From: Acidimicrobiales bacterium
GTDB lineage: Bacteria > Actinomycetota > Acidimicrobiia > Acidimicrobiales > Bog-793
Direction: 5' to 3'
Assembly: GCA_035532475.1 (NCBI GenBank)
Contig: DATKQY010000061.1
Span: forward strand, 16,669 to 80,668
Length of the DNA stretch: 64,000 bases
Below, piece after piece: positions 1-6,780 of this stretch. Each line of letters opens with the position of its first letter. Position 1 is the first letter of the stretch. Under the pieces are notes generated by a model, which worked only from the letters and a program-made list of their open reading frames with translations, was not told the DNA's origin and made no database searches. A program made the position numbers and the translations under genes.

Positions 1-675
1 GGGCAGCGAGGAGGCCTCGACGACGCCCGCGCCGAGCGCGTCCTCGAAGTCGTGGCAGACGTAGGCGATGCGGTCGGCCCAGCTCACCACCTCGCCCTCA
101 GGCGTGGACGGTGCCGGCCGCGACCAGGAATGGTTCCGGATGCCGTCGAGCACCTCGGCGGTCAGATTCAAGGGAGCCAGCACCACGTCCGCCCCGAAAC
201 AGGCGTGGTCGTAGCCGCCGTCGAGGTAGGGGGAGAAGGCGTCCTCGCTCGCGTGCCCACCGGGGCCGTGGCCGCAGTCGTGCCCGTAGGCGATCGCCTC
301 CGCGAGCGCGACGTTCAGCCGGAGGGCTCGGGCCACCGCCGCGGAGACCTGCGCCACCTCCAGCGCGTGCGTGAGCCGCGTCCGTTGGTGGTCGTCGGGG
401 AAGACGAACACCTGCGTCTTGCCAGCGAGGCGACGGAACGCCGTCGAGTGCAGCACACGGTCGCGATCGCGCTCGAAGCAGGTGCGCATCGGGTCCGGCT
501 CCTCGGCAGCGGCGCGACGCCCGGCGCCCCGGGAACGGGTCGCCCCGGGAGCCAGCTGGGCGTCCTCCGCCGCCTCTCGGTCGATGCGGTCGCACCGGCC
601 GACACGCCCGAGGAGCGCGGCCGAGTCGGCGTGCGCCAGCACGAGGCGGGACCCCGCCCTTCGGTTCCCCGCCAT
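1..675 (-). CDS. dgt: dGTP triphosphohydrolase-like HD-domain phosphohydrolase (C-terminus runs off the left edge)
   Basis: Not in the ORF track because the frame is open at position 1. My reverse-strand translation reads MAGNRRAG...MRTCFERDRDRVLHSTAFRRLAGKTQVFVFPDDHQRTRLTHALEVAQVS...AYGHDCGHGPGGHASED. These are the FxRDRDRxxHSxxFRRLxxKTQV and HD metal-site signatures of the Dgt family. Start is ATG 675 or the in-frame ATG at 489. Confidence 0.8.
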   Translation of the reverse strand, partial: MAGNRRAGSRLVLAHADSAALLGRVGRCDRIDREAAEDAQLAPGATRSRGAGRRAAAEEPDPMRTCFERDRDRVLHSTAFRRLAGKTQVFVFPDDHQRTRLTHALEVAQVSAAVARALRLNVALAEAIAYGHDCGHGPGGHASEDAFSPYLDGGYDHACFGADVVLAPLNLTAEVLDGIRNHSWSRPAPSTPEGEVVSWADRIAYVCHDFEDALGAGVVEASSLP

Positions 676-891
676 CGTCGCGGCCCATCCGGCTGACCGG
701 TCGTGCGTCCTATCGATCCCGCTCATCAGCCCAAGCGTACCGAGCGGGTGCCTCGCGAGGCCCGACGGGCGCCCGCGTGCACGCCTCGGCCGGGAGACGA
801 TCGCGCAACGATGCGACAATGTCGCCGTACGCAGCGCCGCCAGGGGCGCTCGCTCGGCTCGCAGCCAACCCGGTGCGGACCAGGAGGACCG

Positions 892-1638
892 GTGGAGAAG
901 AGAGAGGAATGGCTGGCACGGGCCTTCGTCGAGCTCGCCGATGCGCGTTCCGGCGAGCTCGACCTCGATGGCCTCCTCGCTTTGCTCGCCTCGCGCTGCT
1001 CGGAGCTGCTCGGCGAGAGCGAGGTCGGCGCGGCGATCGCCGACGAGCGGGGCCAGCTGCGGGTTGCCGCGGCCTCAAGCGAACGAATGAAGGTGCTGCA
1101 GCAGTTCGAGCTCCAGAACGACGACGGTCCGTGTCTCGACGCCTACCGGGGCGGCGCGCACGTCCTCAACCAGGAGCTGCAGCGCTCCGCTGAGCGATGG
1201 CCGGCCTTCGCGCCGATGGCCCGGGTCGTCGGGTACTCGACGGTCAGCGCGCTGCCGATGCGCCGGCACGACGAGACCGTCGGTGCCGTCGGCATCTTCC
1301 TCACCACAGCGCGTGAACTGTCGAGGCGGGACGTCCTCCTCGCCCAGGCGCTCGTCGACGTCACGACGAGCGCCATCCTCCGCGAGCGTGAGGTGCTGCG
1401 GACGGCCGATCTCGCCCATCAGCTCCAGACGGCACTCGAGACGCGGGTGGCGATCGAGCAGGCAAAGGGCGTTCTGGCCGAGCGACTGCGGCTCGACATC
1501 GACGAAGCGTTCGCGTTAATTCGGGGTTACGCGCGTCGCCACAATCGCAAAATGGCCGAAATCGCGCAAGGAATAGTCGAGGGGTCACTCTCCGTGGGCA
1601 ATCCGCGTCCAGCCGAGAGCACTCCTCGCACGCCTTAG
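892..1638 (+). CDS. GAF-ANTAR RNA-binding antitermination-type regulator
   Basis: Lies in ORF 703..1638. The N-terminus LARAFVELAD...QLRVAAASSERMKVLQQFELQNDDGPCLDAYR is the actinobacterial GAF module. The C-terminus LQTALETRVAIEQAKGVLAERLRLDIDEAFALIRGYARRHNRKMAEIA is an ANTAR domain. I chose the in-frame GTG at 892 (GGAGGA just upstream, spacer short). The exact start is uncertain and could be as early as 703. Confidence 0.85.
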   Translation: MEKREEWLARAFVELADARSGELDLDGLLALLASRCSELLGESEVGAAIADERGQLRVAAASSERMKVLQQFELQNDDGPCLDAYRGGAHVLNQELQRSAERWPAFAPMARVVGYSTVSALPMRRHDETVGAVGIFLTTARELSRRDVLLAQALVDVTTSAILREREVLRTADLAHQLQTALETRVAIEQAKGVLAERLRLDIDEAFALIRGYARRHNRKMAEIAQGIVEGSLSVGNPRPAESTPRTP

Positions 1639-1911
1639 GACAATTGTTACCGCATCTGAACAGGCATTTCGCTTTCCCCACGTGCGATCTCGCAGCTTGA
1701 ACCCCTGCTCACGGGGCGTGCCTTGGCAACGCGCTTACTTATTCGGCATTAGTTACTACACCCCCTAGCGGAATGGGCGCGATTGCTGTACCTTTCGTGC
1801 GTACCCGTTGCAGTCCCTGTTGGTTATCGCCCCGGACCCCGGCGATGACAAGCCCGAGCCACCCAAGCCCCTGGTGGCTCACCGCGAGGAGATCAGACGG
1901 AGGGCGACACC

Positions 1912-2856
1912 ATGTCGCACCGTTCTGGCGGCCTTGCCCCTGCGCCGCAGCCCGGACACACTCCGAGCGCGCGCCCGGCTGGCACGCCCGGTACGCAAGT
2001 TCTCGACATCGCACCCCGTGAGGTGCTCGACCCGTCGCCCGAGGCACGGGTTCCCGGGTCCTCGGTGACCCGCGAAGAGGAGGTGCACGCCGCTCACTCG
2101 GGCCCCGGCGCGCGCCGGCAGGAGGGCGGCACGCTGACGAGCCGGCGCTCCCTACGGCGTGGGGACGAGTCGCCAAGGCGGGGCTCCGCCGGCGCGCTAC
2201 GCCTGATCTGCCACGACGTGGCGGGCGCGGCGGTCACCGTCAAGCTCCTCGCCGAAGGCATCCGTCAACGGGGGGAGTTCCACGAGGACTCCCTCGAGCG
2301 GCTGGACTGCATCGTCCGCGAGGCGCAGTGGATCGCTGAGCTGAGCGGGCGCGCGTTGGAAGGCGCGCAGGATGTGGGCGAGGTCCGACTCGACTCACTG
2401 GTCGCCCAGGCCGTTGCGAGCGCGCGCTATGTCCACCGCACGAGCGTCGAGGCCGACCTCAGCCCGGCGGCGGTGACGAGCACGCCGCTCGCCATCTGGC
2501 GACTGGTCACGAACCTGATCGAGAACGCCTGCCGCGCGGCCGGGCCCACCGGCCGGGTCCGTGTCTGCGTGAGCGCCTCCGGGGCGATAGCGCGGCTCTC
2601 GGTCTCCGACTCCGGCCCGGGGCTCCGCATCCCCGAGCTCCACGCGATGGCGGCAGCCCCGGCCCAGCCCGGATCGGGTCACCGCCGGGGCCTCGGCCTT
2701 CGCGTGGTGACCGACATCGTGCGCGAGTGCCGCGGCCAGCTGCTCACCGAGCCTCCCGCGCTCGGCGGAACGACGCTCATCGTCGACCTGCCGCACGCGC
2801 CCCGCCCCGAAGCCCCGATCCCCCTCTGCGCTGACCCACAAGGAGCTGTGCGATGA
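1912..2856 (+). CDS. Cytoplasmic histidine kinase (HisKA_3-like H-box plus HATPase_c) with no recognisable sensor or TM domain
   Basis: H-box LICHDVAGAAV, N-box LVTNLIENACRAA, G1 VSDSGPGL, G2 RRGLGLRVV. GGAGGG lies 8 nt before the ATG. The first ~95 aa are Pro/Arg/Ser-rich low complexity. The stop overlaps the next gene (ATGA at 2853). Confidence 0.75.
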   Translation: MSHRSGGLAPAPQPGHTPSARPAGTPGTQVLDIAPREVLDPSPEARVPGSSVTREEEVHAAHSGPGARRQEGGTLTSRRSLRRGDESPRRGSAGALRLICHDVAGAAVTVKLLAEGIRQRGEFHEDSLERLDCIVREAQWIAELSGRALEGAQDVGEVRLDSLVAQAVASARYVHRTSVEADLSPAAVTSTPLAIWRLVTNLIENACRAAGPTGRVRVCVSASGAIARLSVSDSGPGLRIPELHAMAAAPAQPGSGHRRGLGLRVVTDIVRECRGQLLTEPPALGGTTLIVDLPHAPRPEAPIPLCADPQGAVR

Positions 2857-3539
2857 GACTTCTCATCTGCGATGACCACCTGATGTTCAGCGAGGCACTG
2901 GCCTCGCTGCTGAAGGCCCGCGGCCACAGCGTCGTCGGCTGCCCGACGACGCCAGAGGGGGCGGTTGAGCTCAGCCAGGAGGAGGAGGTGGACGCGATCA
3001 TCTGCGACCTCCACTTCCCCGGGATCGACGGGTCACGATCGGTCTCGTTCCTGCGCGCCGCCCGCCCCGACACGCCGATCGTCGTCCTCACCGCGGACCC
3101 CGACCTCCGGCTCCTGCGTGAGGCGGCGCTCGGAGGTGCCGACGGCATCGCGCTGAAGATCGAAGGGGTCGAAGAGCTCGAGCGTGTGCTCCTCGAGGTG
3201 ACCTCCCCCCTGTTCACGATGGTGCGGGGGTCGTCCCCCGCACGCGAGCGGGGCTGGTCGCGGCGGGCGCGGGCCCTCGACCGCGGTCCCTCCCGCTACC
3301 GGATGGACGAGCTCCTCACCGCGCGGGAACGTCAGGTCCTCGAGCATCTCGTGCGCGGAGACGACACCTCCGCCATCGCGACGTCCCTCGGCGTCGGCAC
3401 CGCGACGATCCGTACGCATCTGCAGAACCTGTTCATGAAGTTCGGGGTCCACTCCCGACTTGAGCTGGTCGCGTACGCGATCCGTACGGGAATCGTCCGA
3501 GTGGAGAGCGGGTCGCGCGACCCCTCCCGCAGTGCGTAG
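2853..3539 (+). CDS. NarL/LuxR-family response regulator
   Basis: Receiver MRLLICDDHLMF...DAIICDLHFPGIDG. C-terminal LuxR HTH LTARERQVLEHLVRGDDTSAIATSLGVGTATIRTHLQNLFMKFGV. AAGGAG Shine-Dalgarno upstream. 4-nt overlap with the kinase gene. Confidence 0.9.
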   Translation: MRLLICDDHLMFSEALASLLKARGHSVVGCPTTPEGAVELSQEEEVDAIICDLHFPGIDGSRSVSFLRAARPDTPIVVLTADPDLRLLREAALGGADGIALKIEGVEELERVLLEVTSPLFTMVRGSSPARERGWSRRARALDRGPSRYRMDELLTARERQVLEHLVRGDDTSAIATSLGVGTATIRTHLQNLFMKFGVHSRLELVAYAIRTGIVRVESGSRDPSRSA

Positions 3540-3677
3540 GCCGGAGGCTGCGATGATGCTCGAGGCCACTGCTGAGCAGGCGGGCAGCCGGGCTACCGCG
3601 GACGGTGGAGTTCACATCGTCATGGGCGGTACGGCTCCACACTTCGCGTTAGGAAGTTCGTCCCAGAGGAGGTTGGC

Positions 3678-4361
3678 GTGAGCAGCCTCCCGGAACACAC
3701 TTCATACGTGCACCAGACGACCGTGATGATTGTCGACAGCCACCCCGTGCTCTGCGAGGCGCTGACCAACCGCTTGTCGGAAGAGGCCGACCTGCGGGTG
3801 CTCGCCACCGCCTCGTCGGCGACGGGTCTCGTCGAGCTCGTCGCGATGCATCGTCCGCAAGTGCTAGTGCTCGACGCGGAGCTGGGCGAGGCGAACGGCG
3901 CCGCGCTCATCCGTCAGATCCGAACGACCCAGCCGGGAACCGCCATCGTCCTCCTCACATGCAACGAGGACGCCGACAGCGCCGCGCACGCCATGCGCAT
4001 GGGCGCCACGGCCTTCGTGTTGAAGGTGGCTCCGGTCCAGGACCTGCTCACCGCGATCCGCTGGGCAGGCCAGGGCGAGATGTGGATGTCGCCGCCCCTG
4101 TTGACGAACCTGTTCAGCGAGATCAGGACGCGCTCGGGCGGCGAGCGCACCCGCAGCCGGCTCTCCCAGCTCACCCAGCGTGAGCTGGAGGTGCTCGAAC
4201 TGCTGGTCGAAGGGCTCAGCCACGCGGCAATCGCCAAGCGGCTGCACCTCGCGGTCAACACGGTGCGCACGCACACCCACAACCTGCAGACCAAGCTGAA
4301 CGTCCACTCCAACCTCGCCGCAGTGTCGGTCGCACTCGACGAAGGACTCCGACCCAAGTAA
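3678..4361 (+). CDS. Second NarL/LuxR-family response regulator (no cognate kinase adjacent)
   Basis: Receiver VMIVDSHPVLCEAL...VLVLDAELGEANG...LLTCNED...FVLKV. LuxR HTH LTQRELEVLELLVEGLSHAAIAKRLHLAVNTVRTHTHNLQTKLNV. GTG start preceded by GAGGAGG. Confidence 0.85.
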   Translation: MSSLPEHTSYVHQTTVMIVDSHPVLCEALTNRLSEEADLRVLATASSATGLVELVAMHRPQVLVLDAELGEANGAALIRQIRTTQPGTAIVLLTCNEDADSAAHAMRMGATAFVLKVAPVQDLLTAIRWAGQGEMWMSPPLLTNLFSEIRTRSGGERTRSRLSQLTQRELEVLELLVEGLSHAAIAKRLHLAVNTVRTHTHNLQTKLNVHSNLAAVSVALDEGLRPK

Positions 4362-4483
4362 GCGACATCCGGCCGAGCCACCCGCCGGTACGTCACCAGG
4401 GGGGGCGCAAGCCCATTCCCTGGCACTCGGCCTCGACTTGCACTGTCCCTGCAAGGCGAGGAATACAAAGGAAGGCCCAAACA

Positions 4484-5344
4484 ATGTCCGTCCCTCACGC
4501 AGCTGAAGTGCCCCAGGCAGGCGAGATCCTCCTCGAGCACCGCCGGCAGAACGGTGCCCGGGACGTCGCAGCCTCGCTCGAACCGGTGGCCCGCGTGAAC
4601 CCGAAGGGGTTCCCCGCGGAGGTCGCCCAGGGGCGCTCGACCGTCAGTCTCGTCATCCCGGCGAAGAACGAGGCGCGTAACCTGCCGAACGTTCTCGACC
4701 ACCTGCCGTCCTGCATCGACGAGGTCATCCTCGTCGACGGCCGGTCCTCGGACGTCACGAAGGTCATCGCCGCGACGTGCCGTCCCGACATCCGGATCAT
4801 CAGCGAGCCGGGACCTGGCAAGGGGCTGGCGCTGCGCGCCGGCTTCGCGGCCGCCCGCGGGGACATCGTCATCGCGATGGACGCCGACGGCAGCATGTCT
4901 CCTGCGGAGATCCCCCAGTTCATCTACTTCCTGGAGCACGGCTTCGACTTCGTGAAGGGTTCGCGCTTCATCGGTGGCGGCGGTTCGCTCGACATCACGA
5001 CGATCCGTCGCATCGGCGACCGGGCGCTTCTGTACGCGGCCAACTTCATCTACCGGGCGAAGATCACCGACATCAACTACGGGTTCTACGCGTTCAAGCG
5101 CCAGTACCTCGAGCACCTTGACCTCCGCTCCTCGGGCTTCGAGATCGAGGCGGAGCTGATGATCAGGGCGCTCAAGGCGGGGCTGCGAATCGCCGAGGTG
5201 CCGAGTCTCGAGATGCCCCGCCGTGCCGGTCGCTCCAACCTCCACGCCTTCCAGGACGGTCAGCGGGTGCTGCGAACCCTGCTCTCCGAACGGAAGCGCC
5301 CGACCTCGCTCCCCCAGCCCTCGCGAGCGAACGGGCTGTCATGA
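4484..5344 (+). CDS. GT2 glycosyltransferase, polyprenyl-phosphate sugar synthase-like (DPM1/GtrB type)
   Basis: VSLVIPAKNEARNLPNVL...EVILVDGRSSD...PGKGLALRAGFAAARGDIVIAMDADGS...FVKGSRF...GFYAFKR. AAAGGAAGG Shine-Dalgarno 8 nt before the ATG. Confidence 0.85.
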   Translation: MSVPHAAEVPQAGEILLEHRRQNGARDVAASLEPVARVNPKGFPAEVAQGRSTVSLVIPAKNEARNLPNVLDHLPSCIDEVILVDGRSSDVTKVIAATCRPDIRIISEPGPGKGLALRAGFAAARGDIVIAMDADGSMSPAEIPQFIYFLEHGFDFVKGSRFIGGGGSLDITTIRRIGDRALLYAANFIYRAKITDINYGFYAFKRQYLEHLDLRSSGFEIEAELMIRALKAGLRIAEVPSLEMPRRAGRSNLHAFQDGQRVLRTLLSERKRPTSLPQPSRANGLS

Positions 5345-6780
5345 CCGCGACGGCCGATTTCGGCCGTCGCGTGGTGGCGCCGCCGCGTATCGGCGCGCGG
5401 GATTCTGGGCCTGCCGCCGGCGCGGCGGGCACATTCCGGCCTGTCCTGGTGCTGGAAGCAGAGCTCGAGCGCGGCCTGCGGGACGTACTCGATGCCGTGC
5501 AGCACCGGGGCACGAAGACCGCGGGCACACCACGCGCCGCGCTCGTGCTCGTGAGGATCCACAGCCACCCGCTCGGCCTCGTCGCGCTCGACCTCGAGGC
5601 GGACGACCCATCGAGCGCGTGGCCGATCGCGGTCCGCAGCCGCGTCGGCGCCGCGCTCGACGCCCACCTCGGCACTGACGGTCTCGACGGCTACGACATC
5701 TGGGGGGGTGCGCCTGCGCTGCAGCCGGCGTGCCTCGCGGAGCGGCGCGCCGCGCTCGCCGCGGCACGACCGGTGACGGTGATCATCGCGACGAGGGAGC
5801 GCCCGGCCCGCCTGGCGCGCTGCCTCGACTCGTTGCTCGCGCTCGAGTACCCGGACTTCGACGTCGTCGTCGTCGACAACGACCCGGAGACGGACGAGTC
5901 GAAGCGCCTGGTCGAGACGCGCTACGTCCCGACGGGCCGCGTCCGCTACGTACGCGAGACCGAGCGCGGCCTCGGCGCCGCGCACAACTGCGGGCTCAAA
6001 GAGGCGCGCGGCGAGATCGTCGCGTTCACCGACGACGACGTGCTGGTCGACGGGCACTGGCTGAGCGAGCTCGTGATCCCCTTCGTCGCGGACCCGAACG
6101 TCGGCGCCGCGACCGGGCTGATCGTCCCCGCCGAGCTGGAGACGCCCGCACAGGTGATGCTCGAGGCGCACGGCGAGTTCTCGAAGGGCTTCACGCCGCG
6201 TTCGGTCGACCTGGCGGCGCACCGCCCGGCCGACCCCCTCTTCCCGTTCACCCCCGGCAGGTTCGGATCCGGTGCCAACATGGCGTTCGAGACCGCTTGG
6301 CTGCGCGGCGCCGGAGGCTTCGACCCGGCGCTCGGGACGGGCACGACGGCACGGGGTGGCGACGATCTGGAGGCGCTCTTCCGTCTCGTCGTCTCCGGAC
6401 GCGCCCTCGCCTACCGTCCCGGCGCGGTCGTCTGGCACCACCATCATCGGGACATGTCGGCGGTCGAGCGCCAGGCGCACGGCTACGGTGTCGGGCTCGG
6501 TGCCTACCTCACGAGCGCGCTCTTCGAGGAGCCACGAGCGGCGCTGTCGATGGTCACGCGTCTGCCGGCGGCCGTGCGGCACGTCCGGGCGCGCACGGGG
6601 GCCGGATCGGTCGCCTCGAGCGAGCTCGGCGCAGCCCTCGGCTGGACGCCGTCGTGGCCCCGTGCCCTCGTGCGTGCCGAGTGGCGCGGGATCGCGACGG
6701 GCCCGTTCGCCTACCTGAAGAGCCGCCGGGAGCACCCCCGCAGGATCCCCTTCGCCAGCGCGGGAGGGACGAGGCCGTGA
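5341..6780 (+). CDS. GT2 glycosyltransferase with a ~130-aa N-terminal extension
   Basis: VTVIIATRERPARLARCLDSLLALEYPDFDVVVVDNDP...GLGAAHNCGLKEARGEIVAFTDDDVLVD (DxD). ATGA overlap with the upstream GT2. Confidence 0.85.
   Translation: MTATADFGRRVVAPPRIGARDSGPAAGAAGTFRPVLVLEAELERGLRDVLDAVQHRGTKTAGTPRAALVLVRIHSHPLGLVALDLEADDPSSAWPIAVRSRVGAALDAHLGTDGLDGYDIWGGAPALQPACLAERRAALAAARPVTVIIATRERPARLARCLDSLLALEYPDFDVVVVDNDPETDESKRLVETRYVPTGRVRYVRETERGLGAAHNCGLKEARGEIVAFTDDDVLVDGHWLSELVIPFVADPNVGAATGLIVPAELETPAQVMLEAHGEFSKGFTPRSVDLAAHRPADPLFPFTPGRFGSGANMAFETAWLRGAGGFDPALGTGTTARGGDDLEALFRLVVSGRALAYRPGAVVWHHHHRDMSAVERQAHGYGVGLGAYLTSALFEEPRAALSMVTRLPAAVRHVRARTGAGSVASSELGAALGWTPSWPRALVRAEWRGIATGPFAYLKSRREHPRRIPFASAGGTRP

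Noticed and set aside
813-825. 13-bp palindrome GCGACAATGTCGC in the dgt/ANTAR divergent region
   Set aside because: It is short, occurs once, and has no recognisable promoter geometry around it. It is noted but is too weak to call an operator.
3914-5245. 443-aa minus-strand ORF antisense to the response regulator and GT2 genes
   Set aside because: It is a typical high-GC shadow ORF (Arg/Asp/Glu/Val/His-rich with no motifs), while the sense-strand genes have clear domain signatures. The same reasoning applies to 5260..6735(-), 7464..9521(-), 9395..10264(-), 13696..14601(-) and 14732..16519(-).
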